From an uncultured Faecalicoccus sp. (lineage in GTDB: Bacteria > Bacillota_I > Bacilli_A > Erysipelotrichales > Erysipelotrichaceae), in assembly GCF_944325745.1 (NCBI RefSeq), contig NZ_CALVBG010000001.1, forward strand, positions 1,751 to 65,750: a stretch of 64,000 nt of DNA, given 5' to 3'. Below the pieces are notes generated by a model. It had not been told where the DNA came from. It did no database searches and saw only the letters and a list, made by a program, of their open reading frames with translations. Positions 1 to 10,528 of this stretch are shown here, in pieces. Both the position numbers and the translations under genes were made by a program. How positions within the stretch are numbered: position 1 is the first letter of the stretch; each line of letters opens with the position of its first letter.

Positions 1-360
1 GGGGTAAAATCCTAATCCGTTGATTTTTGATCCATCGGCAGCGATATAATATTGGCCAAATAATTGATATCCGCCGCAAATTAAGAGAATAAATGTATTT
101 TCGTCCATGGCTTTTTGAAGATTGTCTTTTCTTGATAATAAGTCAGGAATCAAGCTGATCTGTTCTTTATCAGCGCCGCCTCCCAAGAAAATCAGATCAT
201 AAGTAGAGAGGTCTTTCTCTTCCTGGATCCCGCAAGTATCTAAGTTAAATTCAATGCCACGATCCTCGCATCTCTTTTTTAAGACCATCATATTCCCTTT
301 ATCACCATAAAGATCCATGATATCATGATACATCCAACATACATTTATGGAGTAATTCAT
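1..360 (-). CDS. gatD: Lipid II isoglutaminyl synthase glutaminase subunit GatD (runs off window edge)
   Basis: Manual translation MNYSINVCWMYHDIMDLYGDKGN...FLGGGADKEQ...LLICGGYQLFG, a class I glutamine amidotransferase; ATGA overlap with murT stop. Confidence 0.9.
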   Translation of the reverse strand, partial: MNYSINVCWMYHDIMDLYGDKGNMMVLKKRCEDRGIEFNLDTCGIQEEKDLSTYDLIFLGGGADKEQISLIPDLLSRKDNLQKAMDENTFILLICGGYQLFGQYYIAADGSKINGLGFYP

Positions 361-1682
361 AGACCCATCTCCTTTACAATAGTGCTTCTAGTAGGATACA
401 GTGCCGTATATGTTGCGATGACATATGTTTTTAGCCTTGGTTTGAATGATGCTTGAAGGGCTTTGTCCAACGCTTCTACAACTTCAATATCTCCCTTATA
501 GTTTTCATAATAAATACGCAAGGCCATATCATAGGCTCTGGTTCCGGTACATACGACTTTTTTTGTGGAATCTTTGCATATTTTCTCAAAGAAAGTATCA
601 TAGATCCAGCTGACATCCGTACCATCTTGTTCATGATCATTTAAGACAATACAGACAACTTTATCCTCATTGTCTTTATCTATGACTTTCATGACCTCAT
701 TGGCCCCTGTCGGATTTTTGACAAGATTCAAGATGCATTGAAGTCCATCTTTAGTAAAATGCTCATTGCGTCCTAAAGGTTGAGGAGCATTTTTGAAGAC
801 TTGGATCGCTGCATCAAGATCAAGCTGAAAGACTTCTTTTACCGCTAGAACGGCAGCGCAATTATACATGGAATACATTCCTTCATATGGAGATTGAATT
901 TGTTTTCCCTGGTAATAAAATGTTTCCTTTTCCAAATCAATGTTTTGTAATGGATATTTGATTTCCGGTGTTTTAAAATCACAGTTCGTACAAGAAAAAG
1001 AGCCAATATGTGAATACTGATAATAATCGTAACGTAATTTATGACCACATACTGGGCAAAACTTCCCTTCACTGGCTTCGTTGGTCTTGGATTGAGAATA
1101 TTGATTTTGATCAAGGCCAAAATAAGTACAATGTGCTTTAGGCGCTTTTAAAGAAAGGCGTACAACATTTGGATCATTTCCATTTAAAATCAATTCGCCT
1201 GAATAATCTGGCAATACATTTTCAATGGATTCGATCAATTGTTCCATTTCACGAGCACGATCTAATTGATCGCGAAAAAAATTATTGACCACAAAAGCTT
1301 TTACAGGAAGATAAGGTAAAATATGTCGAACATTGAGTTCGTCGACTTCCAAGACACAAACAGAACCTTTGATCGTTCCCGATAAGGATGAATTCTTTAA
1401 TAATGCGGTGGTGATTCCCGCTTTCAAATTATCCCCTTTTCGATTGGTTACGACATGGTAGCCAGCGTTTTGAAAAAGATCAGCAATCATATTTGCCGTA
1501 CTGGTTTTTCCGTTTGTTCCAGTAACCAGAATGACCGGCCCCTTAAAATGAAGCTTAGAAAGAATATTCGAATCCAGTTTCAGGCCAATCGAACCTGGCA
1601 TCGAACCTCCCCGTCCGATGATCTTCAATAAACTGGCGCTTACTTTTGTTGCGAGTATAGAAAGAGTTTTCATAAAATTCAC
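357..1682 (-). CDS. murT: Lipid II isoglutaminyl synthase subunit MurT
   Basis: Mur ligase P-loop VTGTNGKTST, FRDQLDR, CPVC..CTNC Zn motif, LVKNPTG, DVSWIYD; adjacent to gatD. Confidence 0.92.
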   Translation of the reverse strand: MNFMKTLSILATKVSASLLKIIGRGGSMPGSIGLKLDSNILSKLHFKGPVILVTGTNGKTSTANMIADLFQNAGYHVVTNRKGDNLKAGITTALLKNSSLSGTIKGSVCVLEVDELNVRHILPYLPVKAFVVNNFFRDQLDRAREMEQLIESIENVLPDYSGELILNGNDPNVVRLSLKAPKAHCTYFGLDQNQYSQSKTNEASEGKFCPVCGHKLRYDYYQYSHIGSFSCTNCDFKTPEIKYPLQNIDLEKETFYYQGKQIQSPYEGMYSMYNCAAVLAVKEVFQLDLDAAIQVFKNAPQPLGRNEHFTKDGLQCILNLVKNPTGANEVMKVIDKDNEDKVVCIVLNDHEQDGTDVSWIYDTFFEKICKDSTKKVVCTGTRAYDMALRIYYENYKGDIEVVEALDKALQASFKPRLKTYVIATYTALYPTRSTIVKEMGL

Positions 1683-1741
1683 TCCTTAGGCTTCATTATA
1701 CCTTATGAAAACAACTGAATCAATTTCAAGAAGGTTTCACA

Positions 1742-1770
1742 TTGAATTGCTTCTATAGCTAAAGTATAAT
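1742..1770 (+). promoter_or_regulatory. sigmaA-type promoter for purC-purB
   Basis: TTGAAT-17 nt-TATAAT, then GGAGG RBS before purC ATG. Confidence 0.6.
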
Positions 1771-1796
1771 GATACTGTTATGGGAGGAATTTAGAC

Positions 1797-2510
1797 ATGA
1801 AACAAATGGACATGATTTATGAAGGTAAAGCAAAAAAGGTGTATGCAACCGATGATCCTAATTATGTGATCGTCGATTACAAAGATGATGCCACTGCTTT
1901 TAACGGGCAGAAAAAAGGTACGATCGTAGGAAAAGGTGCCATCAACAACCGCATGACGAACTATTTGATGAAGGTATTAGAAACAAAAGGTGTTCCAACA
2001 CATTTTGAGGAAGAAATCGATGATCGCCGGACTGTTGTTAAAAAAGTGGATATCATTCCCTTGGAAGTCATTATCCGCAATAAAGCAGCTGGAAGTTTTT
2101 CAAAACGTTTAGGGATTGCGGAAGGTACGGAATTAAAATGCTCTACTTTAGAATTTAGTTATAAAGATGATGATTTAGGAGATCCACTGATCAATTCTTA
2201 TATGGCTAGAGCCATTGGAGCTGCTACGCAAGAAGAAATCGATACAATCACGAAATATGCATTTACTGTTAATGAAGTTTTAAAAGAATTCTTTGCAGGA
2301 ATTGGTATTGAATTGATTGATTTTAAACTTGAATTTGGAAAAACTTCAGATGGTACGATTGTATTAGCCGATGAAATCAGTCCAGATACATGTCGTTACT
2401 GGGATATCAAAACTGGAAAACACTTAGATAAAGATACGTTCCGTCGCGATCTGGGTGATCCAGAAGGTGCTTATCAGGAAGTCTTCAGACGAATGGGATT
2501 TGGTGAATAG
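1797..2510 (+). CDS. purC: SAICAR synthetase
   Basis: YEGKAKKVY, KDDATAFNG, DFKLEFG, LADEISPDTCRYWD. Confidence 0.97.
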   Translation: MKQMDMIYEGKAKKVYATDDPNYVIVDYKDDATAFNGQKKGTIVGKGAINNRMTNYLMKVLETKGVPTHFEEEIDDRRTVVKKVDIIPLEVIIRNKAAGSFSKRLGIAEGTELKCSTLEFSYKDDDLGDPLINSYMARAIGAATQEEIDTITKYAFTVNEVLKEFFAGIGIELIDFKLEFGKTSDGTIVLADEISPDTCRYWDIKTGKHLDKDTFRRDLGDPEGAYQEVFRRMGFGE

Positions 2511-3943
2511 TGATGAACGAATACTATCAGTCTCCCCTGTCTCAACGTTATGCTTCCAAAGAGATGCAGGCATTGTTTTCAAACGATAAAAAATTCAAAA
2601 CTTGGAGAAGACTGTGGATCGCATTAGCACAGAGTGAACAAGAATTGGGTTTGGATATCACCGATGAACAAATCGAAGAATTGATTGCTCATAAGGACGA
2701 GATCAACTACGACGTTGCCAAGGAACGAGAAAAAATCGTTCGACATGATGTAATGTCGCATGTCTATGCTTACGGACAACAGTGTCCTAAAGCGAAAGGC
2801 ATCATTCATCTGGGAGCCACTTCCTGCTATGTCGGAGATAATACCGATCTGATCATTATGCATGAAGCGCTGGAACTGGTACAAAAGAAAATCGTCAACG
2901 TTTTGGCTAAATTGAAAGACTTTGCACTGCAATATAAGGACATGCCTTGTCTGGCTTTTACACATTTTCAGCCTGCTCAGCCAACGACAGTAGGAAAACG
3001 AGCCAGTTTATGGGCCCAGGATCTCTATTTAGATTATTTAGAGATTGAACATCTATTGGCAAACAAAAAATTGCTCGGATGTAAAGGAACAACTGGAACG
3101 CAAGCCAGCTTTATGGAATTGTTTGAAGGCGATACCGATAAGGTCAAAGCACTGGATCAAAAGATTTGTGAAAAAATGGGATATCAATCCTACTTCCCTG
3201 TTTCCGGTCAAACTTACACCAGAAAGTATGACACTATGGTTTTACATACTTTGGTGGGAATTGCTCAAAGTGCCCACAAGTTCTCAAATGATATTCGTCT
3301 GCTTCAACATATGAAAGAAGTGGAAGAACCATTTGAAAAAGGCCAAATTGGTTCAAGTGCCATGGCTTATAAACGTAATCCGATGCGTTCGGAACGAATT
3401 GCCGCATTGTGTAACTATGTGATCTGTGATGCCTTGAACCCGGCAATCACTGCCAGCACGCAATGGTTTGAAAGAACACTGGATGATTCTGCCAACAAAC
3501 GCATCAGTGTTGCCGAAGCTTTCCTGGCTATCGATGGTATTTTGGATCTGTATTTGAATATTACCGATGGCTTGGTTGTATATCCAAAAGTGATAGAAGC
3601 CGATCTTCAAAAGGAACTCCCTTTTATGGCCACAGAAAACATCATGATGGATGCGGTAAAAGCCGGCAAGGACCGACAGGAACTTCATGAACTGATTCGC
3701 CAGCATTCTATGGCTGCCGGAAGAGTTGTCAAAGAAGAAGGTAAACCAAACGATTTGATCGATCGCATCGCCAATGATGAAAATTTTGGTATGACCAAAG
3801 AACAGATCTTAAATATCATGGATCCGATTCAATTTGTTGGCCGTTCGGTTCAACAGACGGAAGAATTCTTCCAAGATTATATTGATCCTGTTTTATCAAA
3901 AGAAAAAGACGCTTTAGGTTTACACGCTGAAATCAACGTGTAA
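2510..3943 (+). CDS. purB: Adenylosuccinate lyase
   Basis: RHDVMSH, IHLGATS, GSSAMAYKRNPMRSE lyase signature. Confidence 0.96.
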   Translation: MMNEYYQSPLSQRYASKEMQALFSNDKKFKTWRRLWIALAQSEQELGLDITDEQIEELIAHKDEINYDVAKEREKIVRHDVMSHVYAYGQQCPKAKGIIHLGATSCYVGDNTDLIIMHEALELVQKKIVNVLAKLKDFALQYKDMPCLAFTHFQPAQPTTVGKRASLWAQDLYLDYLEIEHLLANKKLLGCKGTTGTQASFMELFEGDTDKVKALDQKICEKMGYQSYFPVSGQTYTRKYDTMVLHTLVGIAQSAHKFSNDIRLLQHMKEVEEPFEKGQIGSSAMAYKRNPMRSERIAALCNYVICDALNPAITASTQWFERTLDDSANKRISVAEAFLAIDGILDLYLNITDGLVVYPKVIEADLQKELPFMATENIMMDAVKAGKDRQELHELIRQHSMAAGRVVKEEGKPNDLIDRIANDENFGMTKEQILNIMDPIQFVGRSVQQTEEFFQDYIDPVLSKEKDALGLHAEINV

Positions 3944-3964
3944 AAAGACCTAGCGTCTTTTTTT
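3944..3964. terminator. Bidirectional intrinsic terminator
   Basis: AAAAGAC-ctagc-GTCTTTT hairpin between convergent genes. Confidence 0.55.
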
Positions 3965-4587
3965 CATGATTCGATCTTTGGGATAGAGTATGAATTTAAG
4001 CGACGATGCACTTCACGATAAGATGGCATCCACTTCTCAACTTCTCTATAAAACTCTTTTTGATGATTTCGAATACGAGTGTGACAAAGTTCGTGAATCA
4101 GGATTGCATCAATACATTCCTGATCTGTAAAGATCAAATTCATATTCAAGCGAATACAATGCGTTTTAGGATGATAGCTTCCCCACTTAGTTTTATAGAA
4201 GCCTAGTTTCAATTGAATATCCGATATTTGCATCCATCTTGAAATCTCTTGAAAACGAGAAAAAAGATAGTCTTTTGTCAGTTTAATCAAGAAAGATTGA
4301 AAGATCTTTTGATCTTTTGGGATCCAAATTTGATGCCCTTTTACATCGATTCTATCTGGTGTAAAAATAATTTCAAACGGTTGTCCAAGAATGAAAATGG
4401 TATCTCCGCTCTTCAAATGAGATTCCGACTTTTGCAGTTTTGTTTGTATCCATGCTTGATTGTTTTCTACAAACTTTTTGATTTGCTTATCAGAAGTCCA
4501 TAAAGGCGCTGTAACAACAATTTTTCCTTCTTTGACTCTGAGATACATCCGCTTGTTATTTTTGCGAATTACAACTATTTCTGACAT
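3964..4587 (-). CDS. YgjP/DUF45-like (M48 group) metallohydrolase
   Basis: KTKWGS...IRLN motif and HELCH (HExxH). Confidence 0.8.
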   Translation of the reverse strand: MSEIVVIRKNNKRMYLRVKEGKIVVTAPLWTSDKQIKKFVENNQAWIQTKLQKSESHLKSGDTIFILGQPFEIIFTPDRIDVKGHQIWIPKDQKIFQSFLIKLTKDYLFSRFQEISRWMQISDIQLKLGFYKTKWGSYHPKTHCIRLNMNLIFTDQECIDAILIHELCHTRIRNHQKEFYREVEKWMPSYREVHRRLNSYSIPKIES

Positions 4588-5423
4588 TCCAGCTGTAAAT
4601 CATCACACAAACTAGAAACAGTATCAGAAATCAAGGATTCCACGATATCTTTTTGGTTGTCATTGTATTCTGCATACTGATTGATGTCGCGAATCAGATC
4701 TAGCATAGGCAATGTGCAATAGATCTTTGTTTCATTTTCTTTAACGAACGAATCTAGATCACTTGTCTCATAAAAGTCAATTTTCTCCTGACAGTTAGGG
4801 CATTCCAAATAAGCCATATTTTCAATAACACCATAAACTTCGATATTCATTTGATGACACATATGGATCGCTTTGGAAACAATCATCGAAACCATCGGTT
4901 GCGGTGTGGATACCATCACGACACCGCTGACAGGCAATGACTGCATGATTGTCAAGGCTACATCCCCTGTTCCTGGAGGCATATCGATCAATAAAACATC
5001 TAAGTCTCCCCAAATCACATCTGTATAAAATTGCTTAACGACACCGGCGATGATCGGCCCTCTCCAGATGACAGGGTCGCTTTCATTTTTCATCATGAAA
5101 TTTAAAGACATGATCTTGATATGATCTTCTGTTTCAATTGGGATAATGAAATTTTCTTTAGTCGCATACGCCTGCTCATGCTCTGCCGCAAATAAACGCG
5201 GAATGCTGGGACCTGTGATATCGGCATCCATGATACCGACTTTGAGACCTTTCTTTGCCAAGGATTTAGCTAACATAACGGTAATGGTCGATTTCCCTAC
5301 ACCGCCTTTTCCGGACATCACGGCAACAATTTTTTTAATGTGGTTATTGGGATTATTTTCAATTTGGCAGGATGATTGATCCTTTCCACAAGATCCTTGA
5401 TTAGGACATCCTTCACATGACAT
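4575..5423 (-). CDS. Mrp/NBP35 (ApbC) Fe-S carrier ATPase
   Basis: SGKGGVGKST, DADITGPS, WRGP, DMPPGTGD, ENMAYLECPNC. Confidence 0.92.
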   Translation of the reverse strand: MSCEGCPNQGSCGKDQSSCQIENNPNNHIKKIVAVMSGKGGVGKSTITVMLAKSLAKKGLKVGIMDADITGPSIPRLFAAEHEQAYATKENFIIPIETEDHIKIMSLNFMMKNESDPVIWRGPIIAGVVKQFYTDVIWGDLDVLLIDMPPGTGDVALTIMQSLPVSGVVMVSTPQPMVSMIVSKAIHMCHQMNIEVYGVIENMAYLECPNCQEKIDFYETSDLDSFVKENETKIYCTLPMLDLIRDINQYAEYNDNQKDIVESLISDTVSSLCDDLQLECQK

Positions 5424-5427
5424 AGTA

Positions 5428-6330
5428 TTATTCCTCCTTTGATTCCTCTAGAAAATTAAAATACTGATCATAAGCTTTTGTCAATCTTTCGTTTTGAATA
5501 TGCGTATAGATCTGTGTCGTTTGAATATCGGCATGACCTAACAGCTCCTGTACGACACGAAGGTCAGCATCGCCTTCCAAAAGATGAGTGGCGAAGCTAT
5601 GGCGCAGACTGTGCGCTGAAATACGCGGATCTAACTGACATTCTTCAACTTTTCTCTTGATGAGTTGATGCACGTATTGTCTGGTTAAACGTCTTCCAAA
5701 ACGATTGATAAAAAAATAAGGGGTACTTTTACGGAGCCATTGTGACCGTACCAGTTCCTGATAGTGTTTCATCTGCTGGATACAGCTTGAAGCTATGGGA
5801 ACGATCCGTTCTTTATCCCCTTTTCCATGGACTTTGAGAATATGTTCCTGAAGACGAATCTGAACCGTTTTTAACTCACATAATTCACTGACTCGCAAAC
5901 CGCACGTATACAATACCTCTAAGATCGTTTTTTCATAAATGGATTGATCACTTTGATCAAACGAGTCAAATAATCTTTGGATCTCAGCCTGTGTACAATA
6001 AGTCGGTAAATGTTTCTGTTTCTTGACTCCATGAACACTAAAAGCTGGATTTTGAATTTGCGGATGATTGGCAGAAGTAAATTCATGAAATCCATGAATA
6101 CTGGAAAGCATACGATTGGCGCTGCTGGGCGCATGACTATCCAAATAAAACATCAAAAAATCTTCAACATCTCCCAACGTGATGGATTCCATTTTTTGAA
6201 TCCCTTTCTCTTGAAGGTATTCTATATACGTTTTAAGATCTCGTCGGTAGCTGTTGAATGTATTGTTGGATCGATTTTCAACCACCCTAATTTCTAATAA
6301 ATAATCATTGAAAGCTTCTGAAAGTTCCAT
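5428..6330 (-). CDS. xerD: Tyrosine recombinase XerD-like
   Basis: GLRVSEL, GKGDKERIVP, HSLRHSFATHLL, LLGH..IQTTQIYTH; housekeeping context. Confidence 0.85.
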   Translation of the reverse strand: MELSEAFNDYLLEIRVVENRSNNTFNSYRRDLKTYIEYLQEKGIQKMESITLGDVEDFLMFYLDSHAPSSANRMLSSIHGFHEFTSANHPQIQNPAFSVHGVKKQKHLPTYCTQAEIQRLFDSFDQSDQSIYEKTILEVLYTCGLRVSELCELKTVQIRLQEHILKVHGKGDKERIVPIASSCIQQMKHYQELVRSQWLRKSTPYFFINRFGRRLTRQYVHQLIKRKVEECQLDPRISAHSLRHSFATHLLEGDADLRVVQELLGHADIQTTQIYTHIQNERLTKAYDQYFNFLEESKEE

Positions 6331-6342
6331 GGTTTTATTCTA

Positions 6343-6993
6343 TCACCGAATAATGATCGGTTGAAGCACTTTGCAATCGCAATTCGATTCCTTGATAGCT
6401 TCAATCAATACAGATTTCACAACATTTTGATCATAAGCAAATTGCAGCGTTTTGATCTGCATATGATGTTGATAAAGATTCTTGGCTATTTCGTTAAGAC
6501 GATTAGGTCGATGGACGAAATAAAACCGTCCATTCGATTTTAACAGCCGCGAAACACACGAGATCAATTGTTGTAGAGTCAGATTGATCTCAATTCGTCC
6601 AAGCTGCCTTAAATCCATTTTAGTTTGTTCGTGTGTGCTTTGGATTGGAAAATAAGGCGGGTTTGAAATAATGACATCAAACGGCTCGTCTTTAAAGTCC
6701 AGGATCGAAGAGTGTACGATTCGAACGGGATGTTTAAAAGATGAAGCATTCTTTCTTGCCACTTCACAAGGTTCTTGTAAAATCTCAACCCCTACTAATT
6801 CTTTTACCTCTTGGCGATCGCAAATACTCAATAGAGCTGCGTTGTTACAGCCGACATCTAAAACGCGTTCCCCTTGTTTGATCTTCATAAAGTTCGCTAA
6901 CAATTTAGAGTCCGTATTAAAATGAAAATGTTCAGGATGCTGATAGATTTGATTGTCAGGATCTATAAAATAATCTAATTGTAATTTACTCAT
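6343..6993 (-). CDS. tRNA1(Val) adenine-N6 methyltransferase family protein
   Basis: F.F..DS.LLA, VLDVGC, NPPYF, FVHRP.RL. Confidence 0.82.
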   Translation of the reverse strand: MSKLQLDYFIDPDNQIYQHPEHFHFNTDSKLLANFMKIKQGERVLDVGCNNAALLSICDRQEVKELVGVEILQEPCEVARKNASSFKHPVRIVHSSILDFKDEPFDVIISNPPYFPIQSTHEQTKMDLRQLGRIEINLTLQQLISCVSRLLKSNGRFYFVHRPNRLNEIAKNLYQHHMQIKTLQFAYDQNVVKSVLIEAIKESNCDCKVLQPIIIR

Positions 6994-8158
6994 TTCGATT
7001 CTCTTTCTTTAAAAGATCACTTGCCTTGAAAAAAGCTTTTTCCTGAAGTTGGCGATTCAATGTATCCAGAATTCTTTCGGTATCAGGGACTACTTCTTCA
7101 AAGATCGTTGGTTGCTGATGAACTTGCTCCTGATTTTTGATGGAACCCATATGGATCCCGATGTGACGATAGCCAATCGGTTCAAAATAAGTCTCTACTA
7201 AATTCTGTATTGCTTGATCCATGACAGGAAAACTGTTTGTATAAGTCCCTAGATTGGCAGAGCGTACAATGTTATGAAATTCAGTATCGCGTAATGACAA
7301 AGAAATCAGCTGTCCCATTTGCCCGTCGCGAATCATCTTTTGACTGAGTTCTTTTGTCAATAAACGCGCCTGATTAAGAACCTCATCCATAGTATAGAAA
7401 TCACGCTCAAAAGTTCGCGATAAAGAAATACTCTTGCGAGAGCTGGACACCTCTAATTGATCAGAGCTCTTCCCGTGAACTTTCATCCATAACGCGTAGC
7501 CATTTTTCCCAAGAGCTTTAAAGATAAATTCTTTATTTTGATCATCCGCAAAATCACCGATCGTCAATATTCCCTTTTCTTTTAATAAGGGGATCGTCTT
7601 CTTCCCTAATCCAACGATTGCCTCTACAGGGAGCGGATATAATTTTGTCGGGATCTCTGATTTTCTAAGTACAGTGATGCCTTTTGGCTTTCGCATATCG
7701 GAAGCCATTTTGGCTAAAAATTTAGTCGGTGCGACGCCAATCGATACATTTAATCGGAGCTGATCGTAAAGATCATCTTGAATCTGAAAAGCTAGATCTA
7801 ACGGACGTTTATACCGTTTGATAGTTTCTGTGACATCCATAAAGCCTTCATCGATACTGCACGGTTCGACCAAAGGAGTGTATTTTCTCAGAAGGTCAAA
7901 AAATTGAGAACTGACAGAGCGATAATAGGCGTAATCTCCTTGCACGATGACTAAGTCCGGGCATTTTTTCAAAGCCTCATACACCGGCATGGCCGAGTGC
8001 ACCCCATATTCACGCGCGATGTAATTAGCAGTTGATAAAACACCACGTTTGGACAATGACCCGACGGCGACGGGTTTGGTCTTCAGAGAAGGATCTTTCA
8101 GCTCTTCGCAAGAAGCATAAAAGGCATTCAGATCCACATGAAATATAACTCTAGCCAT
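6986..8158 (-). CDS. dinB: DNA polymerase IV
   Basis: HVDLNAFYAS, SIDEGFMD, AKMASDMRKPKG Y-family motifs. Confidence 0.93.
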   Translation of the reverse strand: MARVIFHVDLNAFYASCEELKDPSLKTKPVAVGSLSKRGVLSTANYIAREYGVHSAMPVYEALKKCPDLVIVQGDYAYYRSVSSQFFDLLRKYTPLVEPCSIDEGFMDVTETIKRYKRPLDLAFQIQDDLYDQLRLNVSIGVAPTKFLAKMASDMRKPKGITVLRKSEIPTKLYPLPVEAIVGLGKKTIPLLKEKGILTIGDFADDQNKEFIFKALGKNGYALWMKVHGKSSDQLEVSSSRKSISLSRTFERDFYTMDEVLNQARLLTKELSQKMIRDGQMGQLISLSLRDTEFHNIVRSANLGTYTNSFPVMDQAIQNLVETYFEPIGYRHIGIHMGSIKNQEQVHQQPTIFEEVVPDTERILDTLNRQLQEKAFFKASDLLKKENRNE

Positions 8159-9800
8159 GAATCTTTCCCTGGATCCTGTTCTTTAGATCTTGAGCCGCTT
8201 TGCGGGATGCTTCAGAGACGCCGCCGCTGGCCATCGTAGCCAATTCATCGATACATTGATCTGCATCTAACAAAACCACCTTGGTCGTCGTTTCATTCTC
8301 ATCCGATGTTTTGATCACCGTATAGTGATCTTGTGCCCAGGCTGCTACACTGGCCAAATGTGTGATACATAATACTTGATATTTTTTCGAAAGAAATCGC
8401 ATCTTTTCGCCCATTTTAAGAGCGACTTTACCGCTGACTCCCGTATCGATCTCATCAAAGATCAAAGTTTCAGTATAGGACTCTGTTTGAAAAACAACTT
8501 TCAGAGCAAACATCAAACGAGATAATTCTCCTCCGGATGCGGATTGTTTCAATGGTGAAAACGCCTGTCCAGGATTCATCGAAACAAGAAATTCAATTTG
8601 ATCTGTGCCGTTAGCAGAATAAGGCTTGGAAGTACAACTTACTTTAAATCGGGCATGTTCCAACATCAAATCTTTAAAGTGAGTTTCCAAGGCTGAAGAC
8701 AAGGAATCAAATGATTGTTTTCGCTTGTTTGACAAAGTTTGTGCAAGAGTCAGATATTGTTTTTCTTTAGTATTTAAATCCTTTTTTAGCTTTTCCAATA
8801 GATCTTCACGATGCAGGATCGCATCGATTTGATGCATCATTTCTTCTTTTCGCTGAACCATCGCATCTAAGGAGCCTCCATATTTACGGATCGCTTTTTT
8901 AAGTTTAAATTTTTTATCTTGAAGTTCATCTAATTGCTCGACACTTTGTAACAGATCTTCTTTGCGCTTTTCAATTTCGTCTTTCAATTCATCGAAAGCG
9001 TAATAAGTATCTTGGATCCATGAAGACTTTTCTTGGAGATTGCTATCATCTTGTAGATTTTTTCCTAATGAATAGAGGTTATCTAAAATTCCATTTTCCT
9101 GATTCAACAGCTGTAAACTTGCATAGAGTGAATCAATGGATCGCTGCGCATGAGAAGCTTCTTCAATTTGTTGATCGAGTTGATCAAATTCCTCTGGTGT
9201 CATGTAGAGTTCATCAATTTCATTACATTGTTCCGTTAAAAGATCCAATTGGTCAATATTTAACTCTTCTCCTTCGACTTTTTGATACAAAGTATATGCA
9301 TCATCATAGGCGTAAAAGGCATCATTGACTTGATGACGCAATTCCAGAGCATCTGCATATTGGTCCAGCAGATCCATCTGGATTCGCGGATCCATCAAAG
9401 TATAGGTGTCCATTTGAGAATGAACATCGATCAATTTGGAACAAAGCTGTTTCACAAAGCTTAAGGTTGTTGCTTGTTGATTGATTCGAATGGAGCTCTT
9501 TTGGTTCGATTGAATGATTCTTTGAATAATCAGCTGATCTTCAATAAAAAATCCATTCTCTTCCAATTCTTTGACGATCGAATCATCCGGAAGAGTTAAC
9601 ACCATTTGTAAGATACAGCGATCTTTCCCTTTTCGAACGATGTTTCCTTGGATTCGTTCTCCCATTAAATAGCCGATGGCATCAATCAATAAACTTTTTC
9701 CCGCTCCCGTTTCTCCGGTAATGACAGACATGCCTTTTGAAAAATCAATCATGGCTGAATCAAATAAAATATAGTCTTTGACATATAACTGTTCAATCAC
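8151..9800 (-). CDS. recN: DNA repair protein RecN
   Basis: TGETGAGKS, ASGGELSR, IFDEIDTGVSG; likely GTG start at 9800 with GGAGG RBS, overlapping tlyA stop. Confidence 0.93.
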   Translation of the reverse strand: MIEQLYVKDYILFDSAMIDFSKGMSVITGETGAGKSLLIDAIGYLMGERIQGNIVRKGKDRCILQMVLTLPDDSIVKELEENGFFIEDQLIIQRIIQSNQKSSIRINQQATTLSFVKQLCSKLIDVHSQMDTYTLMDPRIQMDLLDQYADALELRHQVNDAFYAYDDAYTLYQKVEGEELNIDQLDLLTEQCNEIDELYMTPEEFDQLDQQIEEASHAQRSIDSLYASLQLLNQENGILDNLYSLGKNLQDDSNLQEKSSWIQDTYYAFDELKDEIEKRKEDLLQSVEQLDELQDKKFKLKKAIRKYGGSLDAMVQRKEEMMHQIDAILHREDLLEKLKKDLNTKEKQYLTLAQTLSNKRKQSFDSLSSALETHFKDLMLEHARFKVSCTSKPYSANGTDQIEFLVSMNPGQAFSPLKQSASGGELSRLMFALKVVFQTESYTETLIFDEIDTGVSGKVALKMGEKMRFLSKKYQVLCITHLASVAAWAQDHYTVIKTSDENETTTKVVLLDADQCIDELATMASGGVSEASRKAAQDLKNRIQGKIHG

Positions 9801-10528
9801 GATAGACCCCTCCTTTTGTCTGCATACAGCATGAATTCCTGATTCCCGCTTCGTCCTTTTATCGGACATTCAGTAATCTGTATTTTTTCATAATATTGAA
9901 ACATGAAATGTTGAATATCTGTTAAGATCGCCTCTTGAATCTTCTTATTTTTTAATACCCCTTTGGCATTTAAATACTGAGGACCACATTCAAACTGAGG
10001 CTTGATCAAGATGGCACAATGACGGATTTCCATTTGATCCAAAACGGGTTTTAAGATTGTTTTGCATGAAATAAAGCTGACATCCATGCATAAAAAATCA
10101 ATGGAATCTTCAAACCAACGAGGTTCAATATAGCGACCGTTTCGACCTTCCATTTTGATCACACGATGATCTGCCTCCAGAATTGGATCCAGTTGGAAAT
10201 GTCCCACATCTAAACTATATACTTTTGATGCATTCCATTCCAAACAGACTTGAGTAAATCCGCCCGTGCTGGCTCCTACATCTAGAACAATCTGATGATC
10301 TAAACGCACTTGATTTTCTTCCAGGCACGCTTTGAGTTTATAAGCTCCTCGAGAGACATATGTGTCCTTAAGATCCACTTCAATTTGATCTTCCGGGTCA
10401 ACTAAAGTACTCGGTTTGCGTATTGTTTTTCCATTGACTTTAACTTTTCCCTCTTTGATCAGGTCTTGTGCTTTAGCTCTGGAAGAAACTTCATCAGCGA
10501 GTAAGATATCCAATCTATTTTTGGTCAT
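9797..10528 (-). CDS. tlyA: TlyA family RNA methyltransferase
   Basis: S4 domain RLD..L, YVSRGAYKL, DVGASTGGFT, DVSFIS, LIKPQFE; start moved to MTKNRLD. Confidence 0.9.
   Translation of the reverse strand: MTKNRLDILLADEVSSRAKAQDLIKEGKVKVNGKTIRKPSTLVDPEDQIEVDLKDTYVSRGAYKLKACLEENQVRLDHQIVLDVGASTGGFTQVCLEWNASKVYSLDVGHFQLDPILEADHRVIKMEGRNGRYIEPRWFEDSIDFLCMDVSFISCKTILKPVLDQMEIRHCAILIKPQFECGPQYLNAKGVLKNKKIQEAILTDIQHFMFQYYEKIQITECPIKGRSGNQEFMLYADKRRGLS

Noticed and set aside
5428-6330. Tyrosine recombinase as a phage/ICE integrase
   Set aside because: About 300 aa Xer-type protein embedded in a housekeeping operon; no att repeats, tRNA or mobile genes nearby
6986-9800. LexA/SOS box for recN-dinB
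   Set aside because: Genes overlap their neighbours and no GAAC-N4-GTTC site was seen at their starts
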